Assembly (NCBI GenBank): GCA_009914755.4
Contig: CP086569.2
Location: forward strand, 28,256,001 to 28,320,000
Length of the DNA stretch: 64,000 nt
Reading direction: 5' to 3'
DNA from: the human T2T-CHM13v2.0 reference genome, Homo sapiens
Position 1 is the stretch's first letter. Each line of letters begins with the position of its first letter. The notes below the pieces were generated by a model. The model was not told the DNA's origin, did not search any database, and saw only the letters and a program-made list of their open reading frames with translations. Positions 28,308-42,393 of this stretch are shown piece after piece. The translations under genes and the position numbers were made by a program.

Positions 28308-31300
28308 CTCGAATAGAATGGACACGAATGCTCAAATTGAATGGACTCGAATGGAATGGAAACGAAAGGAATGTCATCGAATGGAATTGAATCGATTGGA
28401 ATGAAATCGCATAGAATGGAGTGGAATCAAATGGAATTGAATGGAAAGGAAAGGAAGCGAATGGACTGAAATGAAATGGAATGGAATTGAATGGAAAGTA
28501 AAGCAATGGAATAGAATGGAACGAAATTTCACGGAATGGAATCAAACTGAATGGAATCAAATCAATGGAATATAATCAAATGGAATGGAAAGGAATTGAA
28601 TGGAGTAGATGGGATTGGATGGGATTGGAATGAAATGTACTGGAAAGGACTCGAATTTCATGAAACGGAATGGAATGATTTGGAACGGAATGGACTCGAA
28701 TGGAATGGAATGTCATGGAATGGCATCAAATGGAATGGAATCGAATGCAATGGAATGCTATGGAATGGAATGGAATGCATTGGAATGGAATGTCCTCTAA
28801 TGGAATGGATTCGAGTGGAATGGAATCGAATATAATGGAGTCGAATGAAATGGAATTGAAAGGAATGGGATCGAATACAATGGAATATACTGGAATGTAA
28901 TGTAATGAACTCGAATGTAATTGACTGGAATGGAATGTACATGAATGGAATGTAATCGAATGGAAAGTAATCCAATGGAATAGAATCTAATGCAAGAAAA
29001 TCGACTCAGATAGAGTAGAATGTAATGGAATGGAGTGCAGTGCAATGGAATGGAATGGAATGGAATGCAATGGAATGGAATGGAATGGGATGGAATGGTA
29101 TGGAATGGATAGTAATGGACTGGAGGGAAATGGACTGGAAAGGAATGGACTCAAATTGAAAGGGCTCGAAAGGAATGGAGTCAAATGGAATGGTCTGGAA
29201 TGGAATGAACACGAATGTAATGCAATCCAATAGAATGGAATCGAATGGCATGGAATATAAAGAAATGGAATCGAAGAGAATGGAAACAAACGGAATGGAA
29301 TTGAATGGAATGGAATTGAATGGAATGGGAACGAATGTAGTGAAATTGTATGCAGTAGAAGAGAAAAGAGTGGAATGCAAGCGAAAGGAAAGGAATGGAT
29401 TGGAATGGAATGGAATTCATGGGAATGGAAGGGAATGTAGTGTAATGGACACGCCTGGAATAAAGTGGAATGCTACGGTCTCGAATGGAATAAAAATGTA
29501 TGGAATGGAATGCAATGAAACGGAATCGAATGTCATAGAATGTAATGGAATGCAAAAAAATGGACTCCAAAATCATTGACTGGAAAGGCTGGGTGTCGAA
29601 AGGAATTGACTCCAATGGAATGGAATCGAATGGAATGGAAGTGAATAGAATCGAACTAAATCGAATGGAATGGAATTGATAGGAACGGAATGGAAAGGAA
29701 TGAAATGATTTGGCATGGAATGGAATCGAATGGCATCGAATGGAATGGAATGGAATGCAATGCAATGGAATGTATTAGAATGTAATGAACTTTAATGGAA
29801 TGTACTCGAATGGATTCGACTGGAATGGAATGTTCTGGAAGTGAATGGACTCCAATGGAATGGATTGAAAAGGAATGGAATCGTACGGAATGGAATCTAA
29901 TGGAATGGAATTAAATGGAAATGAATGAAATTGAATAGCACGGAATTGAATTGAATGGAATCGAATGCAATGGAATCTAATGAAACGGAAAGGAAAGGAA
30001 TGGAATGGAATGGAATGGGCTGGAATGGAAAGGAATCGAAACGAATGGAATGGAATCGAACTGAAGAGACTGGAATGGAATGCACTGGAATGGAAGGGAG
30101 TGTAATGGAAGGTTCTCGAAAAAAATGGAATCGAATGGAATGGAATTGAATGGAACGGAATAGAGTCGAATGGAATTGAATGGAATGGAATGGACTAGAG
30201 TGAAATGGAATCGAACCACAAGGAATGGACAGGAATAGAATGGTCTCGAATTGAATGGAATCGTATGGAATGGCATCAAACGTAATGGAATGGACAGCCA
30301 CGGAATGGAATGCACCCGAATGCAATGGAGTCGAACCTAATGGACTGGAATAGAATGGACTCGACTGGTACGGACTCCAATGGAATGGAATCGAATGGAA
30401 GGGAATCGAACGGAATGGACTCGAAGGGAAAAGACTGCAATGGAAAGGTCTCGAATGGAATGGAAATTAATGGAATGGAATGGAATCGAATGAAATGGAG
30501 TCAAAAGGAATGGAATCGAATGGCAAGAAATCGAATGTAATGGAATCGCAAGGAATTGATGTGAACGGAACGGAATGGAATGGAATCCAAAGAAATGGAA
30601 TAGAATGGAATGGAATCGAATGGAAAGAACTCGAATGGAAATCACTCGAATAGAATGCAATTTAATAAAATAGGATGAAATGTAATTGAATGGAATGGAA
30701 AGGAATCGAAACGAAAGGAATGGAGACAGATGGAATGGAATGGATCAGAGAGCAATGGTATAGAATGGAATGGAATCATCTGGAATGGAATTGAATGGAA
30801 TGGAATAATATGAAATGGAATGGAATGGAATGGAATGCCCTTGAATTAAATGGACTGGAATGGAATGGACTCGAACAGAGTGGAATGGAATGTGTTGAGA
30901 TAGAATGGAATGGACTCCTTTGGAATGGTCTAGTATGCAATGCAATCGACTGGCAGGGAATCAAAAGGAATGTAATCGAATGGATTGGACTGGAATGTAA
31001 TGGACTCGAATAGATTGGAAACGGAATGCAAAGGAATGGAATGGAATAGTATGGAATGGAATGGAAAGGAATGGAGTGGAATAGACTAGAGTGGAATGGA
31101 ATGGACTCGAAAGCAATGGACTGGAATGGGACTTTCTTGAATGGACTGGAATCAAACGGAATGGAATGCAATGCAATCAAATGGCATGGAATAAAATAGA
31201 ATGAAAGAGAATCAAATGGAATTGAATCGAATGCAATCGAATGGATTGGAAAGGAATAGAATGGAATGGAATGGAATTGACTCAAATGGAATGGACTAGA

Positions 31301-31826
31301 ATGGAATGGATTCGAATGGAAGGCAAAGGAATGGAATCTATTGGAATGGACAGCAATGGAATGGAAAGGAAGGGATTGGAATGGACTCGAATGGAATGGA
31401 CTGCAATAGAAAGGATTCGAATGGAATGAAAAAGAATTGAATGGAATAGAACAGAATGGAATCAAATCGAATGAAATGGAATGGAATAGAAAGGAATGGA
31501 ATGAAATGGAATGGAAAGGATTCGAATGGAATGCAATCGAATGGAATGGAATCGAACGGAATGGAATAAAATGGAAGAAAACTGGCAAGAAATGGAATCG
31601 AAATGAATGGAGTGTTATGGAACGGACTCCAAAGGAATTGAATGTAATAGAATGGAGTGGAGTGGACTCGAATATAATGGACTGGAATGGAATGAAATCA
31701 CATGGAATGGGAACGAATGGAATGGAATGGAAAGGAATGGAATCGAATGGAAAGGAATCGAATGGAAGGGAATGAAATTGAATCAACAGGAATGGAAGGG
31801 AATAGAATAGACGGTAATGGAATGGA
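28308..31826 (+). repeat. HOR unit 9 (3519 bp)
   Basis: Anchor recurrence. The HaeIII site is lost here ('ggacacgcctgg' at ~29451, against 'gacaggcctgg' elsewhere). It has a ~90-bp rearrangement around 30300-30760, where ORFs break differently from other units. Confidence 0.88.
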
Positions 31827-34800
31827 CTCGAATAGAATGGACACGAATGCTCAAATTGAATGGACTCGAATGGAATGGAAACGAAAGGAATGTCATCGAA
31901 TGGAATTGAATCGATTGGTATGAAATCGCATAGAATGGAGTGGAATCAAATGGAATTGAATGGAAAGGAAAGGAAGCGAATGGACTGAAATGAAATGGAA
32001 TGGAATTGAATGGAAAGTAAAGCAATGGAATAGAATGGAACGAAATTTCACGGAATGGAATCAAACTGAATGGAATCAAATCAATGGAATATAATCAAAT
32101 GGAATGGAAAGGAATTGAATGGAGTAGATGGGATTGGATGGGATTGGAATGAAATGTACTGGAAAGGACTCGAATTTCATGAAACGGAATGGAATGAATT
32201 GGAACGGAATGGACTCGAATGGAATGGAATGTCATGGAATGGCATCAAATGGAATGGAATCGAATGCAATGGAATGCTATGGAATGGAATGGAATGCATT
32301 GGAATGGAATGTCCTCTAATGGAATGGATTCGAGTGGAATGGAATCGAATATAATGGAGTCGAATGAAATATAATTGAAAGGAATGGGATCGAATACAAT
32401 GGAATATACTGGAATGTAATGTAATGAACTCGAATGTAATTGACTGGAATGGAATGTACATGAATGGAATGTAATCGAATGGAAAGTAATCCAATGGAAT
32501 AGAATCTAATGCAAGAAAATCGACTCAGATAGAGTAGAATGTAATGGAATGGAGTGCAGTGCAATGGAATGGAATGGAATGGAATGCAATGGAATGGAAT
32601 GGAATGGGATGGAATGGTATGGAATGGATAGTAATGGACTGGAGTGAAATGGACTGGAAAGGAATGGACTCAAATTGAAAGGGCTCGAAAGGAATGGAGT
32701 CAAATGGAATGGTCTGGAATGGAATGAACACGAATGTAATGCAATCCAATAGAATGGAATCGAATGGCATGGAATATAAAGAAATGGAATCGAAGAGAAT
32801 GGAAACAAACGGAATGGAATTGAATGGAATGGAATTGAATGGAATGGGAACGAATGGAGTGAAATTGTATGCAGTAGAAGAGAAAAGAGTGGAATGCAAG
32901 CGAAAGGAAAGGAATGGATTGGAATGGAATGGAATTCATGGGAATGGAAGGGAATGTAGTGTAATGGACAGGCCTGGAATAAAGTGGAATGCTACGGTCT
33001 CGAATGGAATAAAAATGTATGGAATGGAATGCAAAGAAACGGAATCGAATGTCATAGAATGTAATGGAATGCAAAAAAATGGACTCCAAAATCATTGACT
33101 GGAAAGGCTGGGTGTCGAAAGGAATTGACTCCAATGGAATGGAATCGAATGGAATGGAAGTGAATAGAATCGAACTAAATCGAATGGAATGGAATTGATA
33201 GGAACGGAATGGAAAGGAATGAAATGATTTGGCATGGAATGGAATCGAATGGCATCGAATGGAATGGAACGGAATGCAATGCAATGGAATGTATTAGAAT
33301 GTAATGAACTTTAATGGAATGTACTCGAATGGATTTGACTGGAATGGAATGTTCTGGAAGTGAATGGACTCCAATGGAATGGATTCAAAAGGAATGGAAT
33401 CGTACGGAATGGAATCTAATGGAATGGAATTAAATGGAAATGAATCAAATTGAATAGCACGGAATTGAATTGAATGGAATCGAATGCAATGGAATCTAAT
33501 GAAACGGAAAGGAAAGGAATGGAATGGAATGGAATGGGCTGGAATGGAAAGGAATCGAAACGAATGGAATGGAATCGAACTGAAGAGACTGGAATGGAAT
33601 GCACTGGAATGGAAGGGAGTGTAATGGAAGGTTCTCGAAATAAATGGAATCGAATGGAATGGAATTGAATGGAACGGAATAGTGTCGAATGGAATTGAAT
33701 GGAATGGAATGGACTAGAGTGAAATGGAATCGAACCACAAGGAATGGACAGGAATAGAATGGTCTCGAATTGAATGGAATCTTATGGAATGGCATCAAAC
33801 GGAATGGAATGGACAGCCACGGAATGGAATGCACTCGAATGCAATGGAGTCGAACCTAATGGACTGGAATAGAATGGACTCGACTGGTACGGACTCCAAT
33901 GGAATGGAATCGAATGGAAGGGAATCGAACGGAATGGACTCGAAGGGAAAAGACTGCAATGGAAAGGTCTCGAATGGAATGGAAATTAATGGAATGGAAT
34001 GGAATCGAATGAAATGGAGTCAAAAGGAATGGAATCGAATGGCAAGAAATCGAATGTAATGGAATCGCAAGGAATTGATGTGAACGGAACGGAATGGAAT
34101 GGAATCCAAAGAAATGGAATAGAATGGAATGGAATCGAATGGAAAGAACTCGAATGGAAATCACTCGAATAGAATGCAATTTAATAAAATAGGATGAAAT
34201 GTAATTGAATGGAATGGAAAGGAATCGAAACGAAAGGAATGGAGACAGATGGAATGGAATGGAACAGAGAGCAATGGTATAGAATGGAATGGAATCATCT
34301 GGAATGGAATTGAATGGAATGGAATAATATGAAATGGAATGGAATGGAATGGAATGCCCTTGAATTAAATGGACTGGAATGGAATGGACTCGAACAGAGT
34401 GGAATGGAATGTGTTGAGATAGAATGGAATGGACTCCTTTGGAATGGTGTAGTATGCAATGCAATCGACTGGCAGGGAATCAAAAGGAATGTAATCGAAT
34501 GGATTGGACTGGAATGTAATGGACTCGAATAGATTGGAAACGGAATGCAAAGGAATGGAATGGAATAGTATGGAATGGAATGGAAAGGAATGGAGTGGAA
34601 TAGACTAGAGTGGAATGGAATGGACTCGAAAGCAATGGACTGGAATGGAACTTTCTTGAATGGACTGGAATCAAACGGAATGGAATGCAATGCAATCAAA
34701 TGGCATGGAATAAAATAGAATGAAAGAGAATCAAATGGAATTGAATCGAATGCAATCGAATGGATTGGAAAGGAATAGAATGGAATGGAATGGAATTGAC

Positions 34801-35345
34801 TCAAATGGAATGGACTAGAATGGAATGGATTCGAATGGAAGGCAAAGGAATGGAATCTATTGGAATGGACAGCAATGGAATGGAAAGGAAGGGATTGGAA
34901 TGGACTCGAATGGAATGGACTGCAATAGAAAGGATTCGAATGGAATGAAAAAGAATTGAATGGAATAGAACAGAATGGAATCAAATCGAATGAAATGGAA
35001 TGGAATAGAAAGGAATGGAATGAAATGGAATGGAAAGGATTCGAATGGAATGCAATCGAATGGAATGGAATCGAACGGAATGGAATAAAATGGAAGAAAA
35101 CTGGCAAGAAATGGAATCGAAATGAATGGAGTGTTATGGAACGGACTCCAAAGGAATTGAATGTAATAGAATGGAGTGGAGTGGACTCGAATATAATGGA
35201 CTGGAATGGAATGAAATCACATGGAATGGGAACGAATGGAATGGAATGGAAAGGAATGGAATCGAATGGAAAGGAATCGAATGGAAGGGAATGAAATTGA
35301 ATCAACAGGAATGGAAGGGAATAGAATAGACGGTAATGGAATGGA
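31827..35345 (+). repeat. HOR unit 10 (3519 bp)
   Basis: Anchor recurrence. 'cgaaataaatgg' (SRNKW) and the variants shared with units 6 and 12 (LHH, TTPFQ, 'ggtgtag', RHYSV). Confidence 0.9.
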
Positions 35346-38300
35346 CTCGAATAGAATGGACACGAATGCTCAAATTGAATGGACTCGAATGGAATGGAAA
35401 CGAAAGGAATGTCATCGAATGGAATTGAATCGATTGGAATGAAATCGCATAGAATGGAGTGGAATCAAATGGAATTGAATCGAAAGGAAAGGAAGCGAAT
35501 GGACTGAAATGAAATGGAATGGAATTGAATGGAAAGTAAAGCAATGGAATAGAATGGAACGAAATTTCACGGAATGGAATCAAACTGAATGGAATCAAAT
35601 CAATGGAATATAATCAAATGGAATGGAAAGGAATTGAATGGAGTAGATGGGATTGGATGGGATTGGAATGAAATGTACTGGAAAGGACTCGAATTTCATG
35701 AAACGGAATGGAATGAATTGGAACGGAATGGACTCGAATGGAATGGAATGTCATGGAATGGCATCAAATGGAAGGGCATCAAATGGAATGGAATCGAATG
35801 CAATGGAATGCTATGGAATGGAATGGAATGCATTGGAATGGAATGTCCTCTAATGGAATGGATTCGAGTGGAATGGAATCGAATATAATGGAGTCGAATG
35901 AAATGGAATTGAAAGGAATGGGATCGAATACAATGGAATATACTGGAATGTAATGTAATGAACTCGAATGTAATTGACTGGAATGGAATGTACATGAATG
36001 GAATGTAATCGAATGGAAAGTAATCCAATGGAATAGAATCTAATGCAATAAAATCGACTCAGATAGAGTAGAATGTAATGGAATGGAGTGCAGTGCAATG
36101 GAATGGAATGGAATGCAATGGAATGGAATGGAATGGGATGGAATGGTATGGAATGGATAGTAATGGACTGGAGTGAAATGGACTGGAAAGGAATGGACTC
36201 AAATTAAAAGGGCTCGAAAGGAATGGAGTCAAATGGAATGGTCTGGAATGGAATGAACACGAATGTAATGCAATCCAATAGAATGGAATCGAATGGCATG
36301 GAATATAAAGAAATGCAATCGAAGAGAATGGAAACAAACGGAATGGAATTGAATGGAATGGAATTGAATGGAATGGGAACGAATGGAGTGAAATTGTATG
36401 CAGTAGAAGAGAATAGAATGGAATGCAAGCGAAAGGAAAGGAATGGATTGGAATGGAATGGAATTCATTGGAATGGAAGGGAATGTAGTGTAATGGACAG
36501 GCCTGGAATAAAGTGGAATGCTACGGTCTCGAATGGAATAAAAATGTATGGAATGGAATGCAAAGAAACGGAATCGAATGTCATAGAATGTAATGGAATG
36601 CAAAAAAATGGACTCCAAAATCATTGACTGGAAAGGCTGGGTGTCGAAAGGAATTGACTCCAATGGAATGGAATCGAATGGAATGGAAGTGAATAGAATC
36701 GAACTAAATCGAATGGAATGGAATTGATAGGAACGGAATGGAAAGGAATGAAATGATTTAGCATGGAATGGAATCGAATGGCATCGAATGGAATGGAATG
36801 GAATGCAATGCAATGGAATGTATTAGAATGTAATGAACTTTAATGGAATGTACTCGAATGAATTCGACTGGAATGGAATGTTCTGGAAGTGAATGGACTC
36901 CAACGGAATGGATTGAAAAGGAATGGAATCGTACGGAATGGAATCTAATGGAATGGAATTAAATGGAAATGAATCAAATTGAATAGCACGGAATTGAATT
37001 GAATGGAATCGAATGCAATGGAATCTAATGAAACGGAAAGGAAAGGAATGGAATGGAATGGAATGGGCTGGAATGGAAAGGAATCGAAACGAATGGAATG
37101 GAATCGAACTGAAGAGACTGGAATGGAATGCACTGGAATGGAAGGGAGTGTAATGGAAGGTTCTCGAAAAAAATGGAATCGAATGGAATGGAATTGAATG
37201 GAACGGAATAGAGTCGAATGGAATTGAATGGAATGGAATGGACTAGAGTGAAATGGAATCGAACCACAAGGAATGGACAGGAATAGAATGGTCTCGAATT
37301 GAATGGAATCGTATGGAATGGCATCAAACGGAATGGAATGGACAGCCACGGAATGGAATGCACTCGAATGCAATGGAGTCGAAACTAATGGACTGGAATA
37401 GAATGGACTCGACTGGTACGGACTCCAATGGAATGGAATCGAATGGAAGGGAATCGAACGGAATGGACTCGAAGGGAAAAGACTGCAATGGAAAGGTCTC
37501 GAATGGAATGGAAATTAATGGAATGGAATGGAATCGAATGAAATGGAGTCAAAAGGAATGGAATCGAATGGCAAGAAATCGAATGTAATGGAATCGCAAG
37601 GAATTCATGTGAACGGAACGGAATGGAATGGAATCCAAAGAAATGGAATAGAATGGAATGGAATCGAATGGAAAGAACTCGAATGGAAATCACTCGAATA
37701 GAATGCAATTTAATAAAATAGGATGAAATGTAATTGAATGGAATGGAAAGGAATCGAAACGAAAGGAATGGAGACAGATGGAATGGAATGGAACAGAGAG
37801 CAATGGTATAGAATGGAATGGAATCATCTGGAATGGAATTGAATGGAATGGAATAATATGAAATGGAATGGAATGGAATGGAATGCCCTTGAATTAAATG
37901 GACTGGAATGGAATGGACTCGAACAGAGTGGAATGGAATGTGTTGAGATAGAATGGAATGGACTCCTTTGGAATGGTCTAGTATGCAATGCAATCGACTG
38001 GCAGGGAATCAAAAGGAATGTAATCGAATGGATTGGACTGGAATGCAATGGACTCGAATAGATTGGAAACGGAATGCAAGGGAATGGAATGGAATAGTAT
38101 GGAATGGAATGGAAAGGAATGGAGTGGAATAGACTAGAGTGGAATGGAATGGACTCGAAAGCAATGGACTGGAATGGAACTTTCTTGAATGGACTGGAAT
38201 CAAACGGAATGGAATGCAATGCAATCAAATGGCATGGAATAAAATAGAATGAAAGAGAATCAAATGGAATTGAATCGAATGCAATCGAATGGATTGGAAA

Positions 38301-38874
38301 GGAATAGAATGGAATGGAATGGAATTGACTCAAATGGAATGGACTAGAATGGAATGGATTCGAATGGAAGGCAAAGGAATGGAATCTATTGGAATGGACA
38401 GCAATGGAATGGAAAGGAAGGGATTGGAATGGACTCGAATGGAATGGACTGCAATAGAAAGGATTCGAATGGAATGAAAAAGAATTGAATGGAATAGAAC
38501 AGAATGGAATCAAATCGAATGAAATGGAATGGAATAGAAAGGAATGGAATGAAATGGAATGGAAAGGATTCGAATGGAATGCAATCGAATGGAATGGAAT
38601 CGAACGGAATGGAATAAAATGGAAGAAAACTGGCAAGAAATGGAATCGAAATGAATGGAGTGTTATGGAACGGACTCCAAAGGAATTGAATGTAATAGAA
38701 TGGAGTGGAGTGGACTCGAATATAATGGACTGGAATGGAATGAAATCACATGGAATGGGAACGAATGGAATGGAATGGAAAGGAATGGAATCGAATGGAA
38801 AGGAATCGAATGGAAGGGAATGAAATTGAATCAACAGGAATGGAAGGGAATAGAATAGACGGTAATGGAATGGA
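35346..38874 (+). repeat. HOR unit 11 (3529 bp)
   Basis: Anchor recurrence. The 15-bp duplication is present with a T-to-G change ('ggcatcaaatggaagggcatcaaatgg', ~35760), shared with unit 13. First unit carrying 'gcaataaaatcg' (~36043). Confidence 0.9.
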
Positions 38875-41800
38875 CTCGAATAGAATGGACACGAATGCTC
38901 AAATTGAATGGACTCGAATGGAATGGAAACGAAAGGAATGTCATCGAATGGAATTGAATCGATTGGAATGAAATCGCATAGAATGGAGTGGAATCAAATG
39001 GAATTGAATCGAAAGGAAAGGAAGCGAATGGACTGAAATGAAATGGAATGGAATTGAATGGAAAGTAAAGCAATGGAATAGAATGGAACGAAATTTCACG
39101 GAATGGAATCAAACTGAATGGAATCAAATCAATGGAATATAATCAAATGGAATGGAAAGGAATTGAATGGAGTAGATGGGATTGGATGGGATTGGAATGA
39201 AATGTACTGGAAAGGACTCGAATTTCATGAAACGGAATGGAATGAATTGGAACGGAATGGACTCGAATGGAATGGAATGTCATGGAATGGCATCAAATGG
39301 AATGGAATCGAATGCAATGGAATGCTATGGAATGGAATGGAATGCATTGGAATGGAATGTCCTCTAATGGAATGGATTCGAGTGGAATGGAATCGAATAT
39401 AATGGAGTCGAATGAAATGGAATTGAAAGGAATGGGATCGAATACAATGGAATATACTGGAATGTAATGTAATGAACTCGAATGTAATTGACTGGAATGG
39501 AATGTACATGAATGGAATGTAATCGAATGGAAAGTAATCCAATGGAATAGAATCTAATGCAATAAAATCGACTCAGATAGAGTAGAATGTAATGGAATGG
39601 AGTGCAGTGCAATGGAATGGAATGGAATGGAATGCAATGGAATGGAATGGAATGGGATGGAATGGTATGGAATGGATAGTAATGGACTGGAGTGAAATGG
39701 ACTGGAAAGGAATGGACTCAAATTGAAAGGGCTCGAAAGGAATGGAGTCAAATGGAATGGTCTGGAATGGAATGAACACGAATGTAATGCAATCCAATAG
39801 AATGGAATCGAATGGCATGGAATATAAAGAAATGGAATCGAAGAGAATGGAAACAAACGGAATGGAATTGAATGGAATGGAATTGAATGGAATGGGAACG
39901 AATGGAGTGAAATTGTATGCAGTAGAAGAGAAAAGAGTGGAATGCAAGCGAAAGGAAAGGAATGGATTGGAATGGAATGGAATTCATGGGAATGGAAGGG
40001 AATGTAGTGTAATGGACAGGCCTGGAATAAAGTGGAATGCTACGGTCTCGAATGGAATAAAAATGTATGGAATGGAATGCAAAGAAACGGAATCGAATGT
40101 CATAGAATGTAATGGAATGCAAAAAAATGGACTCCAAAATCATTGACTGGAAAGGCTGGGTGTCGAAAGGAATTGACTCCAATGGAATGGAATCGAATGG
40201 AATGGAAGTGAATAGAATCGAACTAAATCGAATGGAATGGAATTGATAGGAACGGAATGGAAAGGAATGAAATGATTTGGCTTGGAATGGAATCGAATGG
40301 CATCGAATGGAATGGAACGGAATGCAATGCAATGGAATGTATTAGAATGTAATGAACTTTAATGGAATGTACTCGAATGGATTCGACTGGAATGGAATGT
40401 TCTGGAAGTGAATGGACTCCAATGGAATGGATTCAAAAGGAATGGAATCGTACGGAATGGAATCTAATGGAATGGAATTAAATGGAAATGAATCAAATTG
40501 AATAGCACGGAATTGAATTGAATGGAATCGAATGCAATGGAATCTAATGAAACGGAAAGGAAAGGAATGGAATGGAATGGAATGGGCTGGAATGGAAAGG
40601 AATCGAAACGAATGGAATGGAATCGAACTGAAGAGACTGGAATGGAATGCACTGGAATGGAAGGGAGTGTAATGGAAGGTTCTCGAAATAAATGGAATCG
40701 AATGGAATGGAATTGAATGGAACGGAATAGTGTCGAATGGAATTGAATGGAATGGAATGGACTAGAGTGAAATGGAATCGAACCACAAGGAATGGACAGG
40801 AATAGAATGGTCTCGAATTGAATGGAATCGTATGGAATGGCATCAAACGGAATGGAATGGACAGCCACGGAATGGAATGCACTCGAATGCAATGGAGTCG
40901 AACCTAATGGACTGGAATAGAATGGACTCGACTGGTACGGACTCCAATGGAATGGAATCGAATGGAAGGGAATCGAACGGAATGGACTCGAAGGGAAAAG
41001 ACTGCAATGGAAAGGTCTCGAATGGAATGGAAATTAATGGAATGGAATGGAATCGAATGAAATGGAGTCAAAAGGAATGGAATCGAATGGCAAGAAATCG
41101 AATGTAATGGAATCGCAAGGAATTGATGTGAACGGAACGGAATGGAATGGAATCCAAAGAAATGGAATAGAATGGAATGGAATCGAATGGAAAGAACTCG
41201 AATGGAAATCACTCGAATAGAATGCAATTTAATAAAATAGGATGAAATGTAATTGAATGGAATGGAAAGGAATCGAAACGAAAGGAATGGAGACAGATGG
41301 AATGGAATGGAACAGAGAGCAATGGTATAGAATGGAATGGAATCATCTGGAATGGAATTGAATGGAATGGAATAATATGAAATGGAATGGAATGGAATGG
41401 AATGCCCTTGAATTAAATGGACTGGAATGGAATGGACTCGAACAGAGTGGAATGGAATGTGTTGAGATAGAATGGAATGGACTCCTTTGGAATGGTGTAG
41501 TATGCAATGCAATCGACTGGCAGGGAATCAAAAGGAATGTAATCGAATGGATTGGACTGGAATGTAATGGACTCGAATAGATTGGAAACGGAATGCAAAG
41601 GAATGGAATGGAATAGTATGGAATGGAATGGAAAGGAATGGAGTGGAATAGACTAGAGTGGAATGGAATGGACTCGAAAGCAATGGACTGGAATGGAACT
41701 TTCTTGAATGGACTGGAATCAAACGGAATGGAATGCAATGCAATCAAATGGCATGGAATAAAATAGAATGAAAGAGAATCAAATGGAATTGAATCGAATG

Positions 41801-42393
41801 CAATCGAATGGATTGGAAAGGAATAGAATGGAATGGAATGGAATTGACTCAAATGGAATGGACTAGAATGGAATGGATTCGAATGGAAGGCAAAGGAATG
41901 GAATCTATTGGAATGGACAGCAATGGAATGGAAAGGAAGGGATTGGAATGGACTCGAATGGAATGGACTGCAATAGAAAGGATTCGAATGGAATGAAAAA
42001 GAATTGAATGGAATAGAACAGAATGGAATCAAATCGAATGAAATGGAATGGAATAGAAAGGAATGGAATGAAATGGAATGGAAAGGATTCGAATGGAATG
42101 CAATCGAATGGAATGGAATCGAACGGAATGGAATAAAATGGAAGAAAACTGGCAAGAAATGGAATCGAAATGAATGGAGTGTTATGGAACGGACTCCAAA
42201 GGAATTGAATGTAATAGAATGGAGTGGAGTGGACTCGAATATAATGGACTGGAATGGAATGAAATCACATGGAATGGGAACGAATGGAATGGAATGGAAA
42301 GGAATGGAATCGAATGGAAAGGAATCGAATGGAAGGGAATGAAATTGAATCAACAGGAATGGAAGGGAATAGAATAGACGGTAATGGAATGGA
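38875..42393 (+). repeat. HOR unit 12 (3519 bp)
   Basis: Anchor recurrence. Variant set matches unit 10 (and unit 6). No 15-bp duplication. Confidence 0.9.
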
